The notes: a model not told the origin generated them from the letters alone. Shown: positions 22,871-36,977, counted from the whole stretch's first letter. The stretch: 63,988 nt of DNA, filler included, from Collodictyon triciliatum (GCA_043381765.1; 6 parts of 6 records of this genome joined end to end with filler, not necessarily neighbours in it), one strand, 5' to 3'. Made by a program: numbers and translations.

Positions 22871-23591
22871 TTATTATTTTTTCAATCTTGTCATTAGCAT
22901 TTTCTTTATTTTTTTAGCTTCGAAGAATTCTATATGATTTTTTTTCTCCCTTCATTTGTTATAGCCGAGATATTGTCGTTACCTCTACAACTACCCCGAT
23001 GTTTTCAACCCACCACACAATCTTCTCTACTACCACCTTGCAGTTTCTCCAAAAGCTACTCTCCTCCTTGTCTCGAGCCCTTCTCCTCCTCTTTTTCTTT
23101 CTCTTAATCGCCCAAACTGAGTAAATGTCATATCCCGTTAAACCCTTTTCCCTCCTTCTGCCCACTTTTTTTTGTTTTCTGTTTTTTGTTTTTCCTTTTT
23201 CCTTTTTCCCACACCCCGTGAATACTTCTGCGTTTGACTCCAACAATTTCTCTCCTTTTGAGCGCAAAGAAGCTTTGGCAGAGGCAAACTGCCATGTTTT
23301 TCTGTCAAACTGCCTTCGCTTTGTCCTTGACGTGATCTAAGGGCGTGTATTCTTCTAACCGCCAAGTACCCAGAGTGACGTGATCTTCAAACCCGCCAAC
23401 CTTCTTCTTTTCTATTCTCTATTTTATTGTTTGCCCAGAGCCAACAGCAACGACTCCTTGTGCGCAAACAGAGTATCCGCGTCTGGGAGGGAGAAAAGGA
23501 CAAGCGAGAGAGAACGACAAAAGAAGGGGAAGTAGCCACACACATACATATATATATATATATATAAACACACGATTGGAAGAGGAGTCAA

Positions 23592-26500
23592 ATGCCCCGG
23601 ACCCACTACAGTTCTTCCGAGTCGCTATACAGCCCCGAATGCAGTGACTGGGAACAGTCGCCCATGATCGCGCCATATGCTTCAAACGCTTCAAACCCTC
23701 GATCGAGTTCTGCGCGCAGCTTCAATACTTTTCTGCAGCAATATCGGGAGCAAAACTCACAATCACGCGACCTGTTTCTTCCAACAAAGACATTTTCAGA
23801 GCCTGTTCCTTTGCAGGATGCGATTCGATCTATGTTTTTTTCATTGCTTGGAGCTGGTTGGTTGGCGCTACCTTTTGCGATGTCGGTGTGTATTTCGTAC
23901 TTCTTCATCTCTTCATCTCTTCAACTATTTAACTATTCAATAGATTTCTTTATTTTTTTTATTCATTAATTTGTTTGTTTACTTTTGTAATAAGAAAAGA
24001 ATTAAACGACTACACCTGTGGACTATTTTTTTCTTGACCTGCAAATGATTATTTTGTATTGGCAGTAAAGAAATTCAAATGTTCTAATTAACACAGGCTA
24101 TGGGACTGGTTCCTGGTGTGATTTCTATTTTGATGGTTCCTGTAATACAAGCATATTCGATCATATTTCTTCATAGATGTTGCTTATTTGCAGGGCAAGA
24201 TTCATACTCTCAGGTGATAATAATGATTAAATGTGAAAATTTATTTGATGCGATGTGCTGCTTTGTATCAAAGAAACGATTTTCCGTCATCTAGTCCTCA
24301 TTAAAACTAAGTGTAATTGCAAAATAATAACACTAATAAATTCGCAAGGTTATTGATTCTATCTTTGTTTTATTCAAAAGCTGGTATTAAACCATTTTGG
24401 ACCCAAAGCGTCAGTCATGATTGTCGTTATAGCTGGTCTGGAGTCTTTCGGAATAATTATTGTCTACATGACCGGTACGTATGATAGATTTATGGAAAAA
24501 TAAATTAAACCGTTCCTATGTTGTTTTCATATGTAATTAAGAGTAATGTTACCTAGCCATCCGAGAATGCATTTCGTCAATAATAGACGAATCAGTACAT
24601 GCGGAACCATATCCATACGATATCGTATCATACCTTCTTTATGTTGTAGGAAACTTATGCTATTTATCATAAATACTTGTAATTTTTCAAAAACCTAGAT
24701 TTACCTTGACAAATAATGATTATGCTGATAGCTCTATTTATGTTCATGATTCAGGCCGGTATGTAATTTATCATTTCTACGCACACACCATAATAGGTTA
24801 CAGTCGTCTTACCTGTATCAATCAAAATCGATATTCTGAGTTGGAAAAGATATTCGCTCTTGTTGGTTTCTATTATCGGGTTATATTCTGCCATCGTTGT
24901 TATTAAGGCTGCCTTCTCTGATAATATGCGTCTTGCAACCTTGAGTGATTTAGACTTAGTAATCATATTTATAATTTAATTTACCATCATGAGTATTCAC
25001 TTATTTAGTATATTTTGTTGATTCTTTATGTATGTGATTTCTAGTACAACTTTAATGCGGATGCGTTTACTGCTCTGCCAATAGTCATATTTTCGTACTC
25101 GTGTGCCTCACAGGTTTGCTTTTATGGTATGATGAAATATATTCAATTGTTGTAGTCATATAATCATTACTCTTTGAACAGTTCTTGACAATATACTCGG
25201 ATATCGAAAAGCCTTCGTCAGACAGAGCTACCAAACAATTAATTGGATATCCACTTGGGATAAGCTCATGTTTGTCTCTTCATACTATATGGTTCCCTTT
25301 ATTGATATTTTACCCTTTTAAGACAAAATTGCACGCAATAATAACATATTTGGAGACAAAAAATAAAAGAATGTTGTGTTGAAATACTCATCTTCACTCT
25401 TATTATGATAAATATTTTTTTTGGGGAAATTACTACTAGTTCTTTACACGGTTACCTCTATATTTGGCTTTCTTCATTTCCGAGGTTTTTTTTAAAGAAA
25501 CAATTAATCAAGAGGATCAAACATGCATTTCAGTATTTTAAAGTCGTAATGGTAATTTTCCCCCCTCACATCTAACCACTATTTTATATTTTGGTAGATG
25601 ATACAAAGCCCAACATTTTGTTGAACTATACATCTAAGAACAATCCGTTCATTTGTAACTATTTGTCTTTTTCGATTCCGTTATGTATTTGTTTAAAACC
25701 AAATCAAATTCAATTTCAAAGGTACTTCATTATAAAATAGTATTATGTATTTACACTTATCAATATATTTTATAGTGGTTATGCGATTGTCGTTCATAAT
25801 GCTATTGACCGTTTTGTCTCCGCTCTCATACCAACCTTTACAAAGAACTATCGAAAATATATACTTATTGTATTGTTCAACATATCCAATAGACAATCTA
25901 ACGGTTTGATATAATTTATTATCCCCACTTTGAATCGAATATACGAAAAAATAACTTTTATCCCCAAAATATTAATCTAATGAGATTTTGTTCATCCAAA
26001 ATTTATATCAAGAATTTCTAATAACCTCACATGGTCATGAATCTTCCTGACAGCTATCCATCAACGAGAGCCAATCTCCTATCGATGTCTCACTTTCGAC
26101 AAAATTTAAAGTCTCAGAAACGATTATCGTTTTTTCTTCTGCAGCTGCGATATCTACATTTACCCCGAGTCTTCAAGAGGTTTTCTTCCATTACTTTCAG
26201 TTTTTCTTAAAAAAAAAATGCATCTGGGCTTTTTTTTTATGAGAAATTATCATGATTTTGAAGTTTTTCATAAAATGGGATAACTAATCACATTCGGGCG
26301 TTATTTTACATCAATCCTTTGTATGTAAAAGCCAATATCAATAACTGGGGCTTGTTTTTCTGCCCTGCTGAACTTCACCTTTCCATCACTTCTCTATCTG
26401 AAAACTATCCCAGAGGTACGCATTTCGCAATCATGACATCATTTTTCGTTAGAGGTAGCAAAATTGTATATAAGAACTTGATTCTTTTTCCTTTGTTAAA

Positions 26501-26646
26501 TTCAAAGTTATAAAAAAATTTGGTATATATAGGCAACTTTTTTGCAAAAGCTTGGACCAAGGCTTGTTTCCCTGTTTGGTATATTCGTTTGCTCATCATA
26601 TATTTTGTCAATTTCTTATTCACTTTACAGCACATCCCACGAGTAG
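23592..26646 (+). CDS. Amino acid transporter, SLC38/AVT (Aa_trans) family, multi-exon
   Basis: SLLGAGWLALPFAMS/AMGLVPGVISI...SYSQ/...FGIIIVYM/...VVLPVS.../FTALPIVIFSYSCASQ/...FGFLHF/DTKPNILLNY/...ITGACFSALLNFTFPSLLYLK/...STSHE*. Confidence 0.88.
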
Positions 26647-27838
26647 CTTTTCAAAATTAAAAAAAAAGTGAATAAAGTAAAAAAAAAAAATGTGAAAGAA
26701 AAAAAGGAGAGGGAACATTGATTGGAATCATGGCATTTCATGAACGGTCTGAACCAGAGGCGGGAAGAAAGAAATGTCCTGCTTTTATTACCAACGTACC
26801 AGACACTTTTTCGGAAAATAATATAGCTGTTACATATGTAAGATTTACTGTAAAGTATGAATCATATATTCCTTCACTCTTATAGTTCTTTGTGTGATTA
26901 TCCTTCATTCGAATACCTGTAGTACTGTTCTTATTTTCGTAGATTTCGCTTCTCCAGGGATCAAAGGGCGAGAGTTTTCAGAGCCCCCGGTTGCAAGATA
27001 TGAAATATGTGTGAGAGGGATTGGAAGAATTGTAAATGTGTTTATTTATGACATTTATACTACCTTTATCTTTGGTTTACAATCGAACGAAGGTGGCAAA
27101 GGCTATAGCTCACTGGATGTAGTCTCAGCCGACATTCGATTCCATCCTATCTCTCAAGCGCCGATTCAATATCTATTACCACACAGAGCAGACCCCTTGT
27201 TTTCTTTACCTTTTTTTTCTCATATAGAATATAATCACGCTGTCATGCTGAGCACAGACACAGCGCCAGCAGAAAAAAAAAAGGAATCTTCAGATACTAT
27301 TCAAATAAGGAATTAAATTAACATAACGCTACGAGTTCATCAACGAGCCATCTTTTCTCTGGTTTATACATTTCTTGCCCTCATACCAACAATAATTGCC
27401 ATGAAACACAATGCTTTCCATCTTCTTCCTGGATAATCGCTAGCGCTTATTAAGGCCACCCTGCAGCTGACATGACAATTTACGAACGCTGCTATTCGAC
27501 CATTTCCATAGAATTTCCCCTTGACACAAGTAAAAAAGGTGAAAATAGCGAAATGACAAAGAACACCGGAAATCCAAGACTTTTTTTATTTTTATTTTTT
27601 TTTTATTGAAAAACCCCCATCAGAGGCACACCAGCAGTTTTCTCTTCTCTCTCTTTTTATCTTTATTATTGTTCTCCTACTTCTTCTCTTTCTGTTTCCT
27701 CCTTCTCTTCTGAACATGTGGTCACGCGACGCCTACGCGACAGCCTGCTTAGCACCCAGAGTTGTGCCGGCAGGGACTGAGCCCCAGGGTAAGCACATAC
27801 TTCACCAGAGCAGAGGATCGAGCATTTGGACCTGGGTT

Positions 27839-29436
27839 ATGGACCGCACAGTCAAGGTTGCTCTTCTAGGGGACTCGGGTACGTGATATGGTGCCTCCTT
27901 TCTTGGTGGCTGCCTTTGTCGCTTCAATAAAGAGGGAATGAGTCGAGGCTCAGGCAAAAGAAAGACACCACTATATGCTTTGATGTTACACACGAGTTTT
28001 TTTTTCTCAGGTGTGGGAAAGACAGCGCTTCTGAACCGCTTGACGGAAAATGGTTTCACCAAAGTCCACTCAACAACACTTGGGTTAGCAAATAGAAATA
28101 ATGAGCAGCGAAGTGGACTGGTAGCGATGGAGCGCTAACGCCCTCCTTCTCTCCTTCTCTCCTTCTCTCCTTCTCTCCTTCTCTCCTTCTCTCCTTCTCT
28201 CCTTCTCTCCTTCTCTCCTTCTCTCCTTCTCTCCTTCTCTCCTTCCCTTCTTCCCTTCTTCCCTTCTTTCTTCCTTCCCTCCCTTCATGTAACTTCATAT
28301 TTATTGCTCCTTTCTCGGATATCACATACATCTGGTGAATATGTGTGCATTCTTTGGTTAATTGTGTATGACAAACGCAGGATAGATTATGTCAAGAAAA
28401 CGATAACCCTTGAAGATTCGAAGGTCAGGTTGCATATATGGGACCTACCAAACCAAAGCCGATTCCGATGTATTTCTCCATGTACTTTTTTCTGGCGCAT
28501 CAATACACTACATTCACTTAAAGCAAATATTGGATCAATATAGTGCGATTCATGGATATGATTGGCTCATAGACATAGTTATTCTCACATAGCATACTTC
28601 CGTGGTGTTCAAAGCATTGTGATTGTTTTTGACGTTGCAGATCGTGCTTCTTTCGCAAGTTGGATACACCATTACATGATGAATACCATCTAGTCAATAT
28701 TAGATAGCCTTAATATACCCTTGGATTATTTTAAGCATACGTATACATGATTTTTGACCTCCAAGACTTACAATAATCATAATAATCGATCCCAATCTTT
28801 ATGACATCGTTTTGCTTCAAATATTCCTCTCATGCTTTGCCTTGTTTTGTTCTGAATGAGTCTGAAATTTAAATTCTTGAAATAAAGAACACAACATATT
28901 ACAGGTATCGGAAAATGGTTGAAAGATGTAATTGATAATACAAGTGAGGTTTACGGCCTGATGATTATTGGAAACAAGTCAGATATTCCTCGGGTCTGGT
29001 AAAAGTCATTCGCACCGTTTTTTTTTTTTTTTGAAATAATTGAAGCATATATTTGTTTTGCAGTTGGTAGACATGCTAATAATTATTCGAACCATGATTA
29101 TGATGACGTATAATCGAAATTGATGTGGATTTATGGGCCGTTCATTGTAAACGAAAGGGCGCAATTAACTAAAACATCTTTTACAACCACAAATACTCTC
29201 GCAATACTTAGGTAGTCACAGAGATCGAGGGAAGAAACCGCGCCTTGGAAGCGGGCGCTTTGTATGAGGAAACCAGCGCCTTGCTTGATTTAAATATCAT
29301 TAGTGCGTTTGAAGCCATTGCAAGACAAGCTACTACTCTCGCTATCAGTCCCTCACAATCACAACCTTTAGTCGACGAGCAGGATTTACATGCGAGAACC
29401 CAGCAGAGAACAAAGAAACACACGAAATGCAGTTGA
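27839..29436 (+). CDS. Divergent Rab-family small GTPase (6 exons)
   Basis: KVALLGDS/GVGKT, STTLG/IDY, LHIWDLPNQSRFR, YFRG, VFDV, IIGNKSD, ETSA, C-terminal KCS*. Confidence 0.88.
28143..28245. repeat. (CTCCTTCT)n repeat in a Rab intron
   Basis: Seen directly. Confidence 0.95.
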
Positions 29437-29924
29437 ATGCAGTTAAATTCTTTCCTACTTTGCATCCACCAAGGCGATTTACACACCCATACCATTTCTC
29501 GTAGAGCTGTCTTGGGCTCTATATCTCAACCGAAATTTTTTTACATAAAATCTATATAAAAAAAGAAGAAAAAAAAAGAGTAAAAAAGAACAACTCCAGA
29601 ATATGTTCTGGTATTGCAACGGAGCCTTCGTGTATAGAAAAAGTAGAAAAAAAAGCTGATCAGCTAAAATAAAAGAAACAAATAGTGATGAGTAAGCACA
29701 AACAAGAGGAAAGTGAATAATGGATATTGAGAGAACATCATACATTCACAATAGCATTATTTTTCACACTTTTTAATTGTTTAATAGTCGTTCAGCGCTC
29801 AGATGAAACACTTTATAATCATTCTGGGCAGCTCTTCAGCATAATATGAGATCCTGCGCTGCTATTTTCAATTTTATTTTTGTAGTATAATATAGATCAG
29901 TAATAATTATTAGTAGTTGGAATG

Positions 29925-29962
<38 letters not shown>

Positions 29963-30067
29963 TTTTGGAACGATGAATCCATTCTGATAATATATGAGTG
30001 TATGCGAGAGAGAAAGAGAGAATCATATTCTTTGTTTTTATACACACGGGATTACTTTCCTACCGTT

Positions 30068-32110
30068 TCAAGCGAAGCTCAATCGGTACTTTCCAAAGGC
30101 ACCAGTATAGTAACTTGATTCAACTTGGCTTCTGTCCCATAAAACATACCATGCATCTCTTTGACTGTCATACGGGCGAGTCAGAGTGCCAGTTCCACCT
30201 ACACCACCATCTTCGAGGCCCGCGTTCCAGTCTTTTCCTCGACGAACTTTCAGTCCAATTTCTCCACTTTCGGGTGTGACCGGGTCACCTGCCTTCGGCT
30301 TCGGTCTTTTGCTTTTTATCTTGCTTCCGCTGGTACTAGGTTGAGATTTAGTCTCTTGTAGCTCTTCCAATCTACGCTGTAGTTTCATAGTGTCCACTTC
30401 AAACTCTTTAAGGCGCTGAGAAAGATCTTTGTTGCCCTCCTGCTCCTTATGGATGATAGCTCTCAAACCATCCATTCTCGAGATGAGCTCGTTGTTTCGC
30501 TCTTCCAATTCTCTAATCTTTCTAATGTGACCTTCGCATACTGCATTTGTATCACTTCGGGATTGCTTGGGTGAATTATCATCTGCTCGTTCTTGCTTTA
30601 ATTGGGATAGCATGGCATGACTTTGATTTACTATTACGTCTCGGGAAGAGTTCAATCCAAAGCTCTGCTGATCTCCGACATCGATGGAATCATCCACTTT
30701 GAGACCCAATATCTTGTCAATGAACAAATTGGCCTTGAAAAGTTTTGTAGGAACATGAAATGAATCCAGAATTGATTCCCCTTCCTCCATCAGATTCATT
30801 CCATATTGAAGCATGTTCGATAACATGTTTATCTTTGTTCTTAGTATCTCCACCGGTCTATATATTTGAGCAGAGTCTGCGACAACCTTGTTTGAAATAT
30901 AAAAATATCATGATCAATTAGTCACTTTGAATCGAATAGCGGGGAAATACAATATCATAATCCATTAGTCTTGCTGGAGAAGTTTGCAGTTGACTGCAAG
31001 GTGTTCTTGAAGAATAAGAGACAAAAAGAGACTCATTTACCTTGTTGATCATGTCTTCTTCCAATTGGTCAATGCGCTGTCTTATATCTCCAAAGAAAGA
31101 GCGAACATGGGATATTTCGCTGACTTCGAAATCACAAATCTAGTACATACACATCATAGTATCATACCAGCTCATGAAAAGACACTAAAACCTTTTAAAG
31201 TTTTTTTAGAGTTGAATATGCAAACAAACAAACAAACAAACAAACAAACAAACAAACAAACAAACAAACAAACAAACAAACAAAGGGATGAAAAGTGTTA
31301 CTTTCGCCCTCAACTTTTCTACTTTTGAAGAAACACGTTCGAGGCTATCATCTTTCTCCTTCACGGCACGAGTATAGTGTTTTAGTCTTTTAAGAGTCGC
31401 CTGCACATCAGCTATTTTCTCATGCTTATGACTACGATTCACAAGCCGGTCAGCTAATTCACAATCCTCACATAACTCTGCACATGGCCAGCAAGTAGTA
31501 CAAACACTGACGATGGGTTTATCATGTATTATACAAACAGATGGATCCAAGCCCTTGGGAATCACCTGATCATCTTCCATAAGATATCTTTTTTTGTGCA
31601 AAATTTATATTCATTATTCGTATTAGTATTGAAGTAAGATGACCAATTGGCCATCAGATACGACTCACAAAGAAGTCGATTCATTAAAGTGCGATGACAA
31701 GCAAAGCCCAAATCCAAAGGAATATCGCCAATTCCACTCATCATGTATGAAATAAGCACTTACATGGTCTGATGCGATTTTTCATGAGACGTCGAGGGTT
31801 TTTCAAGACAGGCAGAGCACAGAGCCCCGCAGCCACTTTCGCACATAACTTGAGCGATGCTGCGTCTACACACAACACACGCTTGATAATCGGCGCGCAA
31901 AGGCAGCTGCAGAAGCGTTGCGTGGTATTCTGTATTTGTGGAAACACACACTCGTGGGCCGCATAGCAGGCAGGTGTTTTTGCTGAGGCCGCTTTCGGCG
32001 TGCGAGCTAAGCAGATTGGCGCAGCCCGAGCAAAGAGTGTGTCCACAAAGCGGCTGATCCGCCTGGACTGGGCTAATCAGGCAGGCTGGGCATATTCTCT
32101 CGCAGTCCAT
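30068..32110 (-). CDS. TRIM-like RING/B-box/B-box/coiled-coil protein with C-terminal MIB/HERC2 domain
   Basis: CPAC...CGHTLCSGC...CLLC (RING); CVVC...CESGCGALCSAC...H..SH (B-box); CIIH...CTTC...LCEDC...H.H (B-box); coiled coil; IGLKVRRGKDWNAGLEDGGVGGTGT...VLWD...YYTGAFGKYRL (MIB/HERC2). Confidence 0.8.
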
Positions 32111-32173
32111 GGCCGGCTGATTCCCACCTGGAGGTGTCACGGTTAAAGTTGAACCAAAGAATGAGGCATGTAT

Positions 32174-32175
32174 GA

Positions 32176-32271
<96 letters not shown>

Positions 32272-32272
32272 A
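32174..32272. repeat. (GAAA)n repeat at scaffold end
   Basis: Seen directly. Confidence 0.95.
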
Positions 32273-32372
32273 NNNNNNNNNNNNNNNNNNNNNNNNNNNN
32301 NNNNNNNNNNNNNNNNTTAATTAATTAANNNNNNNNNNNNNNNNNNNNNNNNNNNNNNNNNNNNNNNNNNNN
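32273..32372. other. Artificial scaffold spacer
   Basis: 44N-TTAATTAATTAA-44N. Confidence 0.97.
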
Positions 32373-32470
32373 CTTTCTCTTTCTCTTTCTCTTTCTCTTT
32401 CTCTTTCTCTTTCTCTTTCTCTTTCTCTTTCTCTTTCTCTTTCTCTTTCTCTTTCTCTTTCTCTTTCTCT
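32373..32470. repeat. (CTTTCT)n repeat at scaffold start
   Basis: Seen directly. Confidence 0.95.
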
Positions 32471-32618
32471 CAACCTCTATTTTTTTTTATGAACTGGTAT
32501 TAATTACAAACATTTTCAAAAAGAAAAAAGGGGATATTTATTTACTTATTATGATATCGATAGATTGAAATTATCTTGTTAGATTACTGATTGATTTTAT
32601 TTTATGCATTCTTAACAG

Positions 32619-34408
32619 ATTATATTTACATTGAGAGGAGAAAAGTCTCTATCTTCAACAAAAAATTCTGGAAAAACTGTGAAAAGAAATTATGTGAATT
32701 TCATGTATTGGAATCGGGTTCAATCGAAAATTCACATGTACCATTTACCCGACCTGGCATTACAATCTTAAAATGAGGACTTTCATTATTTGTTTATTTA
32801 ACACGTTTTATTGTCTGCTTTCAAACATTTTTTTGAATTGAAAGGAAAATTTATGAAAACTTTTGAGAAGGACGCACTTAAATTATCCAATATAGAATAC
32901 AAACCAGATTGATTTTGCGAACAAGTATATTGGAGGTGGTGTTCTTCGGCAAGGATGCGTTCAAGTCAATATTCAACTCATTTATGATTATTAATTATTG
33001 TGAGGAAGTAGCAAAAGTCACACGTTTTTTTAATTATAAAAGCAAGTTATCTCACATGTTTGCATATTTCATCTAAATTACATGTCCTTTAATGCAGGAG
33101 GAGATTCGTTTTGGTTAGAAATAATTCGCTTCATTTAACCTTATGCAATCTACCAGAGTCTATAAATCAATATACATTTGTCAAAAACCTGTACAAGCGT
33201 GTGCTAATTTTTTTCCCTTTATTCGGTTCAAGCGTGTGCCAATTTATCAATTCAATTGTCCCGCGAACTAAAGCAATGAATACACAGTAATTTCGCCTGA
33301 GTACTTGGCTTCAATGTATTATGTCGAAGAACATATGCTGGACGACGAATGTATTGTATTCTTGGGGGGTGAGCGGTTCAGCAACTATGGCGGCTATGGG
33401 AAGTATGCCCTCATTTTCGCCATATACTTTAGATTATTATTTCTATTATATTATAATTTATTTATTTTTTTTTTGCCATAAGAATCTCCAATACCCGAGT
33501 TGGTTTTTTTTAAGTAAAATTTTAACACTATTTCACTTGGAAAAATTATAATAGAACGTTTCATTACACCGGTCCGAACCATGACCAGAATGACACGAAA
33601 AGCTACATGGGAAAATATTACAGGAACGTGACGATGACAGCGATAGACGCACTTCCTGGTTTGGATTTGGAGGGTCAATTTACTGTCGATGTTATCCTTC
33701 GCGAAATCAATAAGGTAAATCGACCATCTTCTGACCGTGGATTAAGTTATTTATNNNNNNNNNNNNNNNNNNNNNNNNNNNNNNNNNNNNNNNNNNNNNN
33801 NNNNNNNNNNNNNNNNNNNNNNNNNNNNNNNNNNNNNNNNNNNNNNNNNNNNNNNNNNNNNNNNNNNNNNNNNNNNNNNNNNNNNNNNNNNNNNNNNNNN
33901 NNNNNNNNNNNNNNNNNNNNNNNNNNNNNNNNNNNNNNNNNNNNNNNNNNNNNNNNNNNNNNNNNNNNNNNNNNNNNNNNNNNNNNNNNNNNNNNNNNNN
34001 NNNNNNNNNNNNNNNNNNNNNNNNNNNNNNNNNNNNNNNNNNNNNNNNNNNNNNNNNNNNNNNNNNNNNNNNNNNNNNNNNNNNNNNNNNNNNNNNNNNN
34101 NNNNNNNNNNNNNNNNNNNNNNNNNNNNNNNNNNNNNNNNNNNNNNNNNNNNNNNNNNNNNNNNNNNNNNNNNNNNNNNNNNNNNNNNNNNNNNNNNNNN
34201 NNNNNNNNNNNNNNNNNNNNNNNNNNNNNNNNNNNNNNNNNNNNNNNNNNNNNNNAAAGAAGTTGTCGAAGCTGTGCAAGAAACAGATATGAGTGTGGCT
34301 GAGTTGTGGAGATTGGTTAAGGAATATGACGTAAGGCGGTGGGAGCATAACACACTATTTCAGTATATCCTAAAGAAACTCCAGAGGGTGAGCTTATATT
34401 TATCGTAA
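32619..34408 (+). CDS. PARG: Poly(ADP-ribose) glycohydrolase, C-terminal catalytic half (5'-partial; spans gap 33755-34255)
   Basis: Exons give [29 protein letters not shown]...[19 protein letters not shown]...AIDAL...QF...ILREINK. The GGG-x-QEE catalytic signature is split by an intron. After the gap: [12 protein letters not shown]. Confidence 0.9.
33755..34255. other. Assembly gap (N run)
   Basis: Continuous N. Confidence 1.
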
Positions 34409-35459
34409 TAAAAATACTCTTCTATTTTTACTGCAAAAATAGAAAGATTGTGCATCAATATATAAATAAAAATATGAGCACGTTTACATAAGTATTGATT
34501 CATATGCATGCGGATGCCATTGAATCGCTTTGTTAATACGAGGAGCTAATTGTAACATCAGAGAAAAGAACGTGGGGGTGATTCATTTCTTGGAGGTCGC
34601 AGCAAATTCTTTGAGCGCTTCCTTTCGGCCGGCTCTTAAGACGAGACCCTGCTGAGAGTAGAGCAATATTCTAAACACGAATACGTCGTTTCATGTCATA
34701 AGAGCTTCATAATATTTTTTTTTCACCGAAGGCTTCACGACGCCAATGAGATCTACAATTTAATCTCAGCACAATCATGGTTTCATAAATAATCAAAAAG
34801 TCACATGCTTGCTTGGCTTCATTTTTTAAATACACTCCGAAGATGGAGCCCTCTCCTTTTGATGGATTTCTGATTGCTTTCCCTCTTCCTTATTGTGCCT
34901 ATCAATCCGCATAAATCTTTTGTGGACTTTACACGCTAGTATAACTCGAATGATTTTATCATGTGTGTTGGAAAGGAATGAACTAAACCAGGAAATTTTT
35001 TTTTTTCACGAAACTAAAGAACGGAGAGACATTTTGAGAAAAGGAATTGGTTGCGCATCGGCATGTATAAACCTTAAGAATATGCAGTAGTACTTTAAGA
35101 TGAACCAGCCATTATGCATCCAGAAATTGTGAAGGCGTGTTAATATGTTTGCAGGGTAAATACATCTGCCATGAATATGATCTCTTATGACAAATCTTAA
35201 GAACTTATTGATGTTTGCAATGGGATAATCAATCATATATTGCTAGGTAGCTGAGTGCGTATATTTTTTTTATACACATAAAATAACAGTAAATGAGAAG
35301 GAATTGGAAGATTAAAAATGAGCTGTAAATGAACCTACTATATATACATATATAACACAATGAAATTGGAATGTTTCTAATTTTTTTAATTTATTTTTTT
35401 AAGGCAAATTGTAGAATGCGAGAATTCTGACATTTTTATTGTTGTTGGCAGAAAGGAAG

Positions 35460-36952
35460 CTACTGGATGTTTCGGGAAGAGGTGAAATCACCCATGACCT
35501 TTTCGTCTTTCTTTTGGGGCTGCAATTCGTAAACGGTATTCACCGCCTCTCTTTTGTACTAAAGATTAATTGGACGTAATTTATTGGGAAGAAATATGGC
35601 TTTAATAAAATTAATATTTGAGAAAAAATGATGATGATGATGATGATGATGATTATATCGTGCGGCATATGTAAAACGCAGAAAAGAGGTAAGCTAATAT
35701 AAATAAACCGCTATGATTGTGGATTACGTTTGTATACTCTCCCTTAAGACCGATGTAAGTGATCTTTGTTGTCGGAGAACCGAAGTTTGAAGGGAAGAAA
35801 AGAGTCAGGCTTGATACGTTTTGAAATTTGGCGTATCTGAAGATTCATTTAAGATTAAAAGTTATGCATTCGAAACTGAACAAGTGGTGTAAGCGTGAAT
35901 TTAATATAGTTTTAATCTTATATAAGGCAAATTATCACCGTGTTGGGAACTCGAGACGACCAGATGGGTCTTGCTGCAAGTCGAATTCTTGTACTGGTGG
36001 TAAATCTGAAATGTTTGTAAAATCTACATTCGTCTTGTTCACATACCTTTGCAACCAATTTAAAAAACATACATACTTTTAGATAAATTGCTGTATGCTC
36101 ACAAGATTTACAGTAAACCTGCGACCTCAGGCAATGTGCGTAAAAGAGCACTGAAAGATAACAAATAAAAGGCTAAATTTGAGACTGAATAAAAAGGAGG
36201 GCGATTGTACATATCGATGACGAAACTTACAGCTTGACCTTATTCGGTGATGAATCGGCATCTCCAATTATCATCAAACTTTTCAATTTGATAGGCGATG
36301 TGAAACTTGAATGTGGCAAATCGGTGGTTAATAACTAATTTGTTTATTTAATTTTTAATCTATTTTTTTTTAAAAAAAAAACTGAAGTAAACTTTGACAT
36401 ACTTTATGAATACAAGCAGTTGCTCGTCGACGTCGCTCTCAACAAACTACGATGTGGTGATTATAACTCTTTATTTTAATATTTTTTTCTCGTTCCTTTA
36501 ATCACGTCGAAAAAAAAATCTCTTGAATATAATATCGAATGTTAAAGGATGGAGAAGGTCAAGGCGACTAGGGTATAGAGCTGAAACAGCGAGATACCTT
36601 CGTAGAATCGAGTCTTTCGGCCCATGGCTTAAAAACACCAAGGACGCTCGCATAGACCTTAAGAAAAAAATAACAGAGAGATAGAGAAAGAGAAAAAGAG
36701 GAAGAGAAAAATGGTAGCAAAAGGTGTCATTAAGTATTTTTTTTATTTTAATAAGGAATGATTGAGTGGCTCTAATAGCCTTGTTTTGGCCGAACTTTTC
36801 GACAGAGAGGAATAAACCTTTTCGTTCAGAGCGCGTGTGGTGAGCGTGTTGATTTGCCGAAACAAAGAGAACTGGTCTCCACGCTCCAACTCCTCGTGAT
36901 CACGATCATGGTTGTGATCGTGGCTGTGTCCGCATTGACCTCGGCAACTCAT
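35460..36952 (-). CDS. PITHD1: PITH domain-containing protein 1
   Basis: MSCRGQCGHSHDH...FSLFRQIN...ALNE/...VFKPWAERLD/FVESDVDEQLL/FTSPIKLKS/YVN/...AKFQNVSSLTLFFPSNFG..TKITYIGLKGE/...REAVNTVYE. Confidence 0.9.
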
Positions 36953-36977
36953 CAATACTGCAGTGCTGGCTCAGCTG

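Noticed and set aside
24618-24800. Apparent AT-AC (U12) intron, in-frame TGA or 4-nt microexon in the amino acid transporter
   Set aside because: A plain phase-0 GT-AG splice to TAATAG|GTT ACA GTC GTC restores the frame, and the 5' site does not match ATATCCTT
26700-27560. Possible gene between the transporter and the Rab
   Set aside because: No consistent exon chain or recognisable peptide on either strand
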